This document shows, piece after piece, positions 25,280 through 38,090 of a stretch of 64,000 nucleotides of DNA. How positions within the stretch are numbered: position 1 is the stretch's first letter; every line of letters starts with the position of its first letter. The position numbers and the translations under genes were made by a program. This DNA is from Octopus bimaculoides (Eukaryota). Below the pieces are notes generated by a model. That model made no database searches. It saw only the letters and a program-made list of their open reading frames with translations, and had not been told where the DNA came from. Location of the stretch: the NCBI RefSeq assembly GCF_001194135.2, contig NC_069002.1, positions 36,172,354-36,236,353 on the forward strand, read 5' to 3'.

Positions 25280-27039
25280 TTGAACTCTCATTGGATGGAG
25301 TACTCTTCGATTTGAATTTTACGCAGTTAATTTCTTATATATGTATGTGTGTGTGTGTGTGTGTGTTTGTGTTCGTGTGTGCTTGTATTTGTTCTACACA
25401 ACCGCTTGGCAAACGTTGTTGGTTTACTTACGTCCTCGTTCGCCAAATGTGTGCGATATAATGAGTACCAGCGTTAAAAGTAAAGAAATACTGGAGTCAG
25501 TTCGTTCGAATAAAGCACCTTTATGGCGGTGATCCTGCATGACTGAAACATGTTGAAGATAAAAAATTGATTTCAGGGCCCCAGGAATAACATTATTTAA
25601 ACGAAAGAACGGAAATACAAGAAATTAATTATATCTTCACCAGACAGATACATATTGTATCTTCCATCGAAATCTCGCTTCAGTTATTTCCTCACCTTGC
25701 CATATTCTACCTACGTTTCTGCTATATGAGAAATTATGATTATTAATCACACATACACACTTTCCTTGTTTAATAACCTGATAGTGATTCTATGAAAAAT
25801 ATGTGAGTGTTATAAAGAAAATAACCGAAAGAAAGAAAGAGAGAGAGAAGGATAGATAAAGAGAAGAATAGGAGAGGAACAGATGCGTTCCTGTCCTGAC
25901 CATCCCATCTTTTCTGTACATATATCTTACGTTTATTTTATAAGACAGTTCAATGAGAAATTTGAAGAGGGTTTAGCTGCTATTTTTAGCATGTTGTGCG
26001 ACCGCATAGGGACTTCTCATTCGCTCATATCGTCCTGTGTGTTTGCAACGTGACAAGAAGCGAATGGCCAAAAGCAAGGATGGAAACCAGTTTCCAAACT
26101 AAGCTTGCCGCGATCATCTCGTATTTGACTTATCGGCCTACATGACCTGATGTTTCCTTCGTTGTTCTCGTGGCTGTCTGTTCCCAAAACGATTAAAGGG
26201 GTTACAACCTTGCCCATCCTGACTTTTTTGAATATCCGGACCAGTTTATCCCATGTGTACAATTTTTGTTAACCGTTAGCACATTTTAAATTGAGGGACT
26301 TTGGTTGATATATCCAATTGAACGAGCGACCACCTAAACACTCCTTAATTTAGCTCGCAGAAAGTTTTTGTACTTTGTCATAGAACAAAAAACAATAAAC
26401 GTGTAGCTAAAGCGAACTGGCTCCACCCATGGGTTGCACCTCGGAACCACCTGCACGATCAAGGAGTTTACTTCAACCCTGGATGTAGAAAGAGGAAGGG
26501 AGGGAGTGAGAGAGGGATAGAGAAAAAGAAAGCGGGGGCGGAGAGAGATAGAGAGATCGTTCAGGATTTGATTGCCTCCTTGCATTCTCTCTTGCCCATT
26601 TAGGGGCTGCCAACGACAATGAAGTAGTCGATGACTTGCTTAGCCACTCAAAAGATTATCTCTATTTTTCCAGAACTCGAAGAACCCGTTATTGTTTTCA
26701 GTAATACGAAGCAGGATTTGAAGTCAGAACGCACAGAACGAGCACTTAAACAGAAAGACACCGAAAATTCTGCCTCGACACCGCCCTGATATTTTACTGA
26801 TATTTTACTGTTTGATATTTTACTGAACTCTGAATGTAGATATTCAAAACAAATACCACCAACAAAAGAAGGGAGGGGGCATACTTCCTGACGAATCTTA
26901 CGCGATTATTTGCTTCCTTTAGAATGTTTCAAAAAGGTTTATAAAATTAACTTGTATTTTTGTTTTTGCCGAGAAGGCTGCAGCCAATTAAGCTGACCAA
27001 TATTTGATGATAATATATTGTATAAGCCCCACGATCACG

Positions 27040-27430
27040 GTAGGCAGAAACGATTTCAGTGTTCAATTTGTACTTATTTTATCGACTTCGATAACTGAGT
27101 AAAGGCAAAAACAACCTCGGCAGAATTTGAACTCAGAATGTAAAGACGGACGAAATATCGGTAAGCACTTTGTCTAGCACAAGAGGGCAGAGAGATGGCA
27201 GAATCGTTTACCTGCGGGGAACACGCTTGACGGCTGTCGTCCGACTTTATGCTCTGTATTCACTTAACGCCGAAGTCGACTTTGTCTTTTATCCTTTCGG
27301 AGCCGATAAAATAAGAACCAATTGTGAAATCGGTACCAATTCGTTTCAAAATTTGGCATAAATCCAGCAACTCTGGGGGAGCACAGGAGTCGATTACATC
27401 AACTCCAATCGCTCAACTGGTACTTAATTT
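27040..27430. mobile_element. divergent (head-to-head) pair of SINE family B copies
   Basis: Minus copy at about 27040-27180 (CTCGGCAGAATTTGAACTCAGAATG) followed by a plus copy at about 27185-27430. Confidence 0.75.
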
Positions 27431-27882
27431 ATGGTGTGTATATGGTGTGTATATACATATATATATATATATATATATTCTCTCTCCATTTTTCCTATTA
27501 ATCCTATCGAGAAGCGTAGGTTCGAAACGGAAAGACTTTTCCATTATACTCGAGCGTTAAACTAATATACCTGCTTGTTGTTCCTACACCTGTCTTCGTC
27601 TTTTGCTTTCTGTATATTTGAACAGTATGTGTGTGTGTTTGTGCGTGCGTGTGTGTTACTAGCAATATAAGTATATGTAAGTATTTATTTTATTCATGCA
27701 GTGTACAGTCGGTCTAAACATAATTTCTGAAAGAAGGATATATATGCCCTAAGTTGGGCATGGCTATGTTTGGAACAGTCTTTTTACCTGCTTAGAATTG
27801 ATTATAACAGCAATGGAAACATTACGGACAACGTTATTGCTTTGTCATTAAGGAGAATATAATCTTCTCTCTCTCTTTCTCT

Positions 27883-27939
<57 letters not shown>

Positions 27940-29074
27940 CATACATGCCATGCATACAACACCGCTTGCATTTGTGTGTACCTTTGATTGCTTCAATTGG
28001 TGAAGTCTCGGTGATATATAGATTTCAAATTTTCGTCTGCATATTCATATATATGTGTGTATGCGCGTGCATGCATGGGTGCATGCGTGTGTGTGTGTGT
28101 GTGTGCGTCTATATGCATACTTCCATGTGCACCTGTGCCTTCGTATATACATATATATATATATTATAATAATAATAATATTAGGGATAAAATCCAAAAT
28201 TACAGGTAAAAACTCAATTAAAATCAATTTATTAAATTATGTTTCACAGTATAAAATATATATAAATATATAGATTTAGGGAAAAGAACCAAGGTTCATG
28301 AACTCATCGATGAAAATCCACTGCCACATATAGAAAAATTAATAAGTAAAAGCACAATAAATAAGTATAATATAATACAAAGTAAATATCATAAGATATA
28401 TATATATATATATACACACACATGCGTGTATATACATATATATATACNNNNNNNNNNNNNNNNNNNNNNNNNNNNNNNNNNNNNNNNNNNNNNNNNNNNN
28501 NNNNNNNNNNNNNNNNNNNNNNNNNNNNNNNNNNNNNNNNNNNNNNNNNNNNNNNNNNNNNNNNNNNNNNNNNNNNNNNNNNNNNNNNNNNNNNNNNNNN
28601 NNNNNNNNNNNNNNNNNNNNNNNNNNNNNNNNNNNNNNNNNNNNNNNNNNNNNNNNNNNNNNNNNNNNNNNNNNNNNNNNNNNNNNNNNNNNNNNNNNNN
28701 NNNNNNNNNNNNNNNNNNNNNNNNNNNNGAAACAAAACCATGAAAATTTAAAAACTAACGTTTAATTAGCGCCATTCAAATAACAGACGACTACACATGT
28801 TATACATGAAACGCATCTCCCAGGTATCCAGGTTAGGGATAATGGTCCAACTTCAGGTGTTTTAATGTAGAACAATTGCAAATCCATAAAGAGACACGTA
28901 CGAGTCCTATTAAATTCTGTGAATGTTCCTCTGGTCCAATCCAAATTTTAAGGAGTTCTCTGAATATTTGGTTATTGTAACCTCAATTATGATTTCATAT
29001 GACTGACCAATTATGCTGATATGATCGACACCTCCTGAAGCGTGAGAATAGCGTCAGTTGTAATTTAAAGTGGA

Positions 29075-29134
<60 letters not shown>

Positions 29135-29157
29135 GCATGTGTGCGGATGTCTCTATG

Positions 29158-29207
<50 letters not shown>

Positions 29208-30616
29208 CACACATACACGCCTTCTACCTTTTACTTGTTCAGTCATTAGACTGCGGCCATGCTGTAGCATATATATATATACATATCCATGTGTCTATGG
29301 ATACATACATGCATACACGCATACTTGCATATGTACACGCGTGAATGCATACATACATACATGTTTCTAAATGCAGTCAGTCAGTGGTATAACGGCAACA
29401 TATACACAAAATTTATGGAGATTTATTTCGTTGTTAAAAACAAGCTCTTTCTATCTCGGTAAAACCCAAATGTTTTCAAAGACAAGCCAGTGTGTGTGTG
29501 TGGGTGGGTGTGTGTTTGATAGCAACAGATAACGCACACACTCATGCATTTCTTTTACATGTATGTATACATGCATTATATATATATATATATATATATA
29601 TACAGTCAACAGGTGAGATCTAGTGATGGAATTATTCTAACAAACTCGGAAGTCTTTATTTAGGACTAGGTCCACGGGCTAAAGTGTGGCTATAAGAGAA
29701 ATGTAGGTGAACTGATATGAAGTATAGTGATGCCGATAAACAGGATGATTAGGCTTGCTATGCATAAATATACATACATAAACGCATATAGATATGTATA
29801 GGAATATATAATAAAAAAACTAAATATAATGCGATGATAAATGTATAAATTCAAGGATATAAATATTTATGTATATAGAGAAATAAATGTACTTTTACAT
29901 GGAGTATAAAAAAAACAGAAACCAAAAGGGAGAACACATCGTTTTTTTGTCGACAGCTGTTTAGAAGCTCCCAGGAACAGCTGTCAATTTAAAAAATACG
30001 CATTCTCTCCTTCGTTTTCTGTATTTTCTTATATTCCATGTGAAAGTAAATCTATGTGTCAGCATACATAAATACCTATATGCTTGTATATATGTGTTTA
30101 TCTTCTTAATATATCTTGTTTTGCAGCTGTCTATTTATCTATTTATATATATATATATAATCGGGTTTATCTGTATATCTACATTACTCTCCCTCTTTCA
30201 TTTCTCTTTCTCTTTCTATATATAGTATGTATTTATATACCAATGCATTACTCGCATAGATAGATAGATATAGATAGATTAATTACATATTTGTAGGTGT
30301 CAAGATACCGAGATCTGTTTAAGAATGTAAGACTATAACGATGGCATTTTGGAAGGAGAGAACGCGACAATGCTAGTAAGTCAATAGCTGCACCAGTGAG
30401 AAAACTAATCAATAATTTAAACCTGAGAGAATATATTAGTAGAAAAGCATTTATCACCTTTAAGAGAATCGTTTAACGTAAAGTATCAGTTTATCTTGTA
30501 CGACACATTTCTATTGACTTTTCTTACTGGTAAATTTATGTTCAAGTCTTGCAGCTTGCAAGAAATTTAGCAATTGTGTGGGATACATTTATTCTTCTGA
30601 CATTATTACATTAGAG

Positions 30617-31070
30617 GAAGGCGGCGAGCTGGTAGAATCGTTAGCACGCCGGACAAAATGATTAGCAGTATTTCGTCCGTCTTTAAATTCTGAGTTCAAA
30701 TTCCGCGGAAGTTGACTTTGCCTTTCATCCATCGGGGTCGATAAATTAAGTACTAGTTGAGTACTAGGGTGGATGTAATCGACTATCTACCTCCTCCAAA
30801 TTTTAGGCCTAGTGCGTACAGTAGAAAGTATTATTACGTTAGAGTGTAAGACGGCGAGCCTACAGAATCGTTACAACGCTGGATAAAATGGTTAGCGGCA
30901 CTCGTCCGACTTTTCAATCTGAGTTCAAATTCCGCTGAGGTCGACTAAGCCTTTCATTTTTTTGGAGTCGATAAAATAAATAACAATTGGACACTAGAGT
31001 CGATGTAATCAACTTAAGCCATCCCCCGAACTTTCTGGCGTCGTGTCAAATTTGAAATTATTATTGCATA
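30617..31070 (+). mobile_element. two tandem SINE family B copies (a third partial copy at about 31375-31500)
   Basis: AAGGCGGCGAGCTGGTAGAATCG at 30619 and AAGACGGCGAGCCTACAGAATCG at 30848. Confidence 0.85.
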
Positions 31071-31970
31071 AGAGTGGAGACACATGGCTTAATGCTTAGG
31101 GGTGTTGGACTCATGATCGATTCCTGGACCGGTGAATGCCTTAGATTGCTGACCAAATCATTTCATTTCCCGTTGCTCTAGTTGAATAAGCTAGCAAAAA
31201 CTTGTAATATGGTGAAAGTGGTGACATGCCTGGCAAACCGGTGATGGATGACGGATCTGCATAAAAACGATCAGAAGGGAACTTCTGGACTGACGAGTTA
31301 CAGGCCTGTCCTTATGTTGGGTATTACATTTTTTGCTCTTACATTAGAATGTGAACTAATTGTTTTGGTGTTGTATTCACGTCAACTTTGCCTATCATAC
31401 TTTCGAGGCTGATAAAATTAAGTACTAGTCAAGCACTGTGGTCGTTGGCATCGACTAACTCCACTTACCCAAAACTGTTGGCTTTTTGCCTAAATAAGGA
31501 ATCATTCTTTCTTTAGTCCGTAAGAAGCGCTTATGAAAGAGTGTATAACTGTTTGAATTTCCTACTGTATATTATGATAGCCCGTGGCCCTGTGATCATT
31601 GTTTCGAGTCTCACAGGGGTGGGGTGCGTTGTGTCCTTGAGAAAAACATTTCATTTCACGTTGATTGCGTTCACTCAGCCGTAAACGGATAACGTTTTAC
31701 AGCTGAGTAGACTGCAGCAACGTGAATTGTTTACGCAGCTGTAATGTCTCCTCGACATTACTCTAATGTCTCAACTTGACAGCTTAAGGTATGATTCAGA
31801 GTAAATGGCATTCTGCCCACCTACAATGCGTAGAAGCGCATTGTGACCAGCGGTGTGTAAGAACATCTGATAGATAGATAGATCTATCAGACTATCTAAA
31901 ATAAGAACCTTCTAGAATGTACTTATATAAGTACATTACTTACACCTGTTATCATTTATCTGTAATTAAG

Positions 31971-32034
31971 TTTCATCTTTACAATTGTTTCGAACAATTG
32001 CTGATGGGTTGGTACACCAATGCATATTATGCAA
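31971..32034 (+). CDS. candidate exon (phase 0 in, phase 1 out)
   Basis: Acceptor TAATTAAG and perfect donor CAA|GTAAGT. Open as FHLYNCFEQLLMGWYTNAYYA; phase-compatible with 32334. Confidence 0.3.
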
Positions 32035-32333
32035 GTAAGTGCAATACGGGTACATAATTCTAGGTACACATAAAGGCAAAGCAAATACCAAAGGTATCAA
32101 CTAGCATTGATTTTCGTGAAGTAGTGTCACAGCATTCTCCTCAGAACATTAAGGTCGTGCTGAGTTCGACTCCCACGAAGGTAATATAGTGTTAACGTAA
32201 TATTTGGACGCCCATGAAATGCCTGAAATAAATGCTAGTGAAATATGTTACTAACTTTCTCTGTTGTGTACATGTTAAAGAATTTTATTATATTTTCGAC
32301 GTCTGTTTTCTATATTCCTTTTCTATTTCATAG

Positions 32334-32526
32334 AGTATTTTCTGAACAATAGCATACTCGCTTATATAGGTTTCCAATGGGCCATTCATGTCTTAACAAT
32401 AGCGTCGTTGCTTATAGGCTTCCAGCAGACCAACCATTTTAGAATGGGAAATATAACGAAAGAAGGCAGTATGAGAAATATGGTGGGGGATGCGGGAGTG
32501 GTGGATAATTACATGAATACTACGCG
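32334..32526 (+). CDS. candidate 193-nt internal exon, product unknown
   Basis: Strong acceptor TATTCCTTTTCTATTTCATAG and donor GCG|GTATGT. Open frame YFLNNSILAYIGFQWAIHVLTIASLLIGFQQTNHFRMGNITKEGSMRNMVGDAGVVDNYMNTTR. Confidence 0.45.
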
Positions 32527-33089
32527 GTATGTTTCGTTCGTACAAAACCACAAATTTTATTGTCGATGTTTACATCTTTCTCCAATATATATCACCAAAA
32601 GATATATATATATATATGTGCACACATATACGACGAGATTTCGCCTAAGCTTCGTCGACATAATGGACATGTTGCTATGGTAAAAGATACTCAAGGCGCC
32701 CGCGGCAGGTAAGAACCACAGAATTGCCAACAAAATGTCTTCACCAAACAGCTTTTTTTACTACTATTTTTCGGTAAAGAAAGTTATCTCTTACAAATGT
32801 TCTAATCTCTCTGTGTTATAGAAATCTACACCACTCGCAACGGGAATCTTATAACTGTAAACTTTATTGGAAACCTCTAATTTCGGTCCAAAGCAAGAAA
32901 TTTTGGTTGGGTGGTGTGAGTGTATGCCATTAATTTCATTAGTTAACTGGTATTTTATGTGAGATATTTTTTTTTAAATACCGTGAGATATTTTAAAAGA
33001 TAACAACACGATTCTACACCACCTATCGTCACGTTCATGTACATTTATTTATTTTTGACGTTTAGCTAAGCTTTAACTTTCATGTTCGT

Positions 33090-33250
33090 TTCAAATTTTG
33101 GCACAAGGCCAGGAAGTTTGGTGGGGAGGGAGGCTAAGTCGATTACATCAGTGTTCAACTTTTATTTATTTTATCGACCCCAAAAGGACGAAAGGTAAAG
33201 TCGACTTCGGCGGAATTTGAACTCAGAATGTAAAGACGGACGAAATGCCA
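33090..33250 (-). mobile_element. SINE family B
   Basis: GTCGACTTCGGCGGAATTTGAACTCAGAATG. Further minus copies at about 33720-33805, 34060-34275, 35870-36060, 50630-50830, 52500-52668, 53005-53210, 58715-58870 and 60890-61110. Confidence 0.85.
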
Positions 33251-34331
33251 TTTCTTGGACTTTAATGAATCATTATTTATTTTTCCCTTGAGAAATTCTA
33301 GAATGCTTTAAACATTTTTATCCAACAAATCTTAAAATATTTCCGTTGGAAAGAACTATCATAATGGCAATTTGGAAAGCAGAAAAAAAGAAAGAAAAAA
33401 ACGGGGGAAAAATCAAAAAAGAAGAGAAGAAAACCTGTTCTGGTAAATATCAATTTCGGCAAATTTGTTTTGTTGAAGAACAGCGATTTGTTGTTGTCAA
33501 GGTTGTTTCCTCACCGGAATTCATTAGAACCAAATTAGATTTTTCTGTTAGTCAGTCAGTGCGAAGAACACAACAAAACAAATGTAGAGACAGGCAGTGT
33601 GNNNNNNNNNNNNNNNNNNNNNNNNGGGGGGGGGGGGTAATCTATCAAGAAGGTGATAACAAGTGGCGCATCTGTGTCTGGGTTCATACTTGAAATAATA
33701 ATAACAATAATAATGTTTCCTAATTTTTGCCACAATTCTGGAGTAGGAGATGAGTCGATTACATCGACCCCAGTGTTCAACTGGTACTTATTTTATTGAT
33801 ACCGAAATAATAATAATAATAATAATAATAGGAGAGTATTGTAGTTCGCTTGAAGCATTGTGTATTGCTTGTAAAATGTGTGCCTTGAATAGCACAACAA
33901 TGCACTATAGCGATATCTGAAGAAGGAATTTTAATATTCTGAAATATCATTATTATATCAGACTATTATAACAGTTATTATAGCTCATTGCTGTTAGTGC
34001 ATCGTTATGCCATTCAAGGCACATTTTTTTTCACAAATAATAATAATAATATTAGTAATAATCCTTTCTACTTTAGAGACAAGGCCTGGATTTTGTGAGG
34101 AGAGGAATAGTCGATTACGTCGACCTCACTACTTGACTGCTACTTTATTTATCGATCCTGAAAGAATGAAAGGCAAAGTGGACCTCGGCGGAATTTGAAT
34201 TTAGAATGTACCGCAGAAGAAATACCTCTAAGCATTTCGCCCGGTGTGCTAATTATTCTGCCAGCTTACCGCCTTAATAATGATAATAATAATAATAATA
34301 ATAATANNNNNNNNNNATAATAATAATAATG

Positions 34332-34382
<51 letters not shown>

Positions 34383-35225
34383 GTTTTACATAGGCATAAG
34401 ACCAGAAATGTTGGAGAATTAAATAGTTAATCATATGGTACTTTAATTCATAGATTTCACAATGTTGAAATGTAAAGTTGTTCTGGACGATACTTCATTC
34501 TGAAACTAATTTTTCTGACGCGTCTCATTCTTGAATCGGTGAAAAGTGCATAAAGGTAGTATGGAAAATGTAATCTTAAGAGAGATCACTTTTGTAAAAT
34601 AATATCTTTTGTTGTGTAATTGTCACTTTGTTTCTCTTGAGAGTTACTGATAATTTTCTCCTAATATCAGTAAGAGAAAAGTTTCTTGAAGGAGATGCAA
34701 ATAATTGTCCACGAGAAAATATTGGTTCGTTTCTTTTCAAATTTTCAATGCCACTATTTTATTATAATTATTGAAAACGTGTTGAAAGAATTACGAATGT
34801 AGCGAACGCTCTAAAAGATTGTAACTATACAACGAAATCGAAGACAATTTGTCGATTGTATTCTTTCTGCTACAACACGACTGTGCTAAGTTGGCAAAGA
34901 CGATAAGAGGACGGTGCTTATGGCTAAATTCGAACCTACAATCGCATAGAACGAATTAAAGTAACTGCCCTGCTGATTTGTGGAATTTAAGCGCACACGC
35001 ATACACACACACGCACACACACACACATTTATATATATATATATTAATTCAAATTCTGATAAACGTAAACAAACAAACAAAGTTTGCTTTTAGAACCGTT
35101 GAGATGAGTGATTTTAAATTCTCAAACACAGGATAATGCTAATAATATAGCCTGAACAGGATAAACTACCCCTATTTTGCAGAAAAAAGTGTTGGCGGCC
35201 AGCATACATGTGTGTGCGTGTGTGC

Positions 35226-35256
<31 letters not shown>

Positions 35257-35433
35257 TGTGTGTGTGTGTACCCTCTCGTTTTGTCTTTGTTTTGCTCATT
35301 ACCTAAACAGTCTTTCACTATGTTTTTAATCGACCCGTTGAGTAAACTAAACGATGAACGCACCCAAAATGCATATCAGAAACAGTTGTAAATCTCTAAT
35401 GCACAAATAAATGTATAAAGCCAATTCTTTATG

Positions 35434-35475
<42 letters not shown>

Positions 35476-37099
35476 CGCTTAATTTAAAATATTTATTTCC
35501 CAATCGTCTCACAGAACAATATAGTTGATGCAAATGTTGTATCTATAATAGATTGTCTTTTATTTCATTCCATATTTCATCAGCCACATGAATAACAATT
35601 TTTGAATGCTATTTAGTTCCATGCGATAAAATGTAACTGAATAATATTGCAGATCAAATGCAACAAGAATGTAATCAGTAGAAAGACCAACTTTTCACGG
35701 AGTGTCATTTGCCAATGCTTTTCCCTCATGTTTACAAAAAAGAACAGTGGAGTAATTTAATGTAAGGGAAGCTAATTTGGTATAGTCGTTTATTTCCAAT
35801 ATTTTCATATATCTCACTCACTTACCACTCGCCCAGCTCTCTCAGAAATTTACGCGGAAAAGCACCCATATATTGGTTTCAAATTTTGGCACATATCCAG
35901 TAATTTGGGGGAGGGACTGAGTTGACTGCATCGACCGCCAGTGCTTATTTATCGAACCCGAAAGTATGAAATGCGAAGTAGACCCAGGCGGCATTTGAAC
36001 CCAGAACGTCGAGACAGATGAAATTTTGCCTGACGTGTAAGCGATTATGCCAGTTCTCCCTCACAGTGTCCATATATTAATTTTTTTTTTTTTTTTTTTA
36101 GAAAATACTAACGACGGTGAGTATTTATTGAAAGAAATTTTATTGGATCTTGGCACCATCGTCAACCATATTTTCTGCTCACTTTTAACACCTATTTTCT
36201 GCTCTTTATATTGAATTCCGACAAAGGCATTTTTGAAAGCATGTTTGAAATATATTTTACTGGCTTAAATATTTTATTCATTAGAAACTAACGCTTTCTC
36301 TAAGCAACCAGCGCTCCGATTCCGTTGCTCTCTCACGAGATGTGCCTTTGTGAGCTCAGATTAAGCGGAAAAATGCACTAACATGTAGGTTAAGAGTCAT
36401 ATATGTAGATCCACGATTTACACAACGCCGACTGAAACCTCGCTATTAACAGTTACAAGAAGTGTACCACACATAGGACTAACCTCACCGGCGGTAGTCT
36501 TGACGGTGGCGCCGACAGAAAATCAACAAGAGCAGAAAAACACAAACAGTGTGACAGCATAGAAAATGGCGCTAGGGGAAATGAACTAAGCTTAAAGCCG
36601 TTACCTGCATTGATCGGAAGATTTAAATTACATTTTTCTCTATGTAATAGGTAAGCAAATTTTCTTCATTTTCGAGAGATAAATTTTCCAAAATGAATAA
36701 CATAAATCTTACATTTGGATGATTTTGTAGCAGATATGATTCAGGAGTCCGTCAGGCTGTATCAAATAAATAAACAAAAAATCCACGGACAAAAGAGAAG
36801 AAGAAAATATCACAACCGCAGATTGATGTTATTTATTCAGAACGAAGCCTGGCCGAAAATAATCGACCCAATTTCCAACAAGCTATTGTGTCCTTGCTGC
36901 ACATCAGACATCAGACGTCAGAATATACTGAGCACAGATGAACGCATCTCACGGGTCAACACGTTCCGATTGTTCTAAGTCCGGCTCTTAGTTAAAAGCC
37001 GGACTTGAAAAATCGGAGTGTGTGAGCCGATTCAGACACGAGACTAACAGATAACTGTTAACTATTTTTTAATAATAATAACAACAATATTTACCATTC

Positions 37100-38090
37100 T
37101 TTAAGATAACATCTATATTCTCTGCGCTATGAACATTCTGTTTTTAAGAGTATATTATGGGGAAACCAAACGAAAGAGTCTGCTCTGGTTGTTCAGCGCG
37201 TATGTGTGCGAGTTTCTATGGTGGTGTATGTCATTTCTATTCTACGGCTTATTAAGGATTCTGCTGTTATTTTGCCTGTTTACTTTCGTATGGGGTTTAT
37301 ACTCACTCGAATCCTCGTTATTCTTCCCAGATCTGAGCTTGTCACTCATTGGTTATACCCTACTCTGTCATTCTTTCTTGCTTTTACTTGTTTCTTTATC
37401 TTTATATGGCGGTTTATTGGGTATTCTTATGGTTATTTTAAGCGCAATACTTAAGGTCTGGATATGTTACCTTACTATATGGTTCTACCTTATTTTCTTC
37501 CATTTGTTGAATACTAATTATTATTTAAACCCTGTTTTCTCTGGTGCTAAGTTGTAGTAGTCTTTGTTTAACCTAAATACTTCTTTGTTGGCTGATAAAT
37601 TCCATATGCGGGTTGAAATGTTTGCTATTATGGATTGGGTTATGCACCTGGGGTGATTACTATTTTTGTGAATGTACTTGAAGTTTTCATTGGGTATATG
37701 ACATATTTTATATATTCCAGTACTTAGGTCTAGTGTTACGTCTAAACTATTGACTGTCTTGTGCTCCTCCTCTATGGAGATAGAAAGCCCTATGCTTTTA
37801 AAAAATTTGAATAAATTCTCCTATATTTTTCTAACCCAACGCTGGTAGGGCCGAGTGAATAGTGCGTCATCCCTTTACAGACCTCCACCTATTTTGGGCA
37901 ATTGTTTTATTTATGCGGAATAAATTATAAATTCTTACTATATCAGTTATCGGGGCGGATATAGAGAACATTCTTGAAGCCTGCCGTATTGGAGTGCTAC
38001 ACGGTGGAATTATTCTACAGTACGAGTGATGTTTATTTCACCCTTTACCAAGGATAACCTCTCCAATTTACATGAACTTTTTCGGTAAAG
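37100..38090 (-). mobile_element. Penelope-like element reverse transcriptase remnant
   Basis: Minus strand reads SAPITDIVRIYNL, GGL*RDDAL (37886-37860), KTVNSLDVTLDLSTGIY, KYIHKNSNHPRCI and VWFPHN. These match the PLE motifs GLYRDDGL, FLDVTLDL, YVHxxSNHP and WFNPPY. Confidence 0.85.

Noticed and set aside
36715-36978. 87-aa ORF MDDFVADMIQ...
   Set aside because: Non-canonical start, no recognisable domain, and adjacent to a retroelement remnant.
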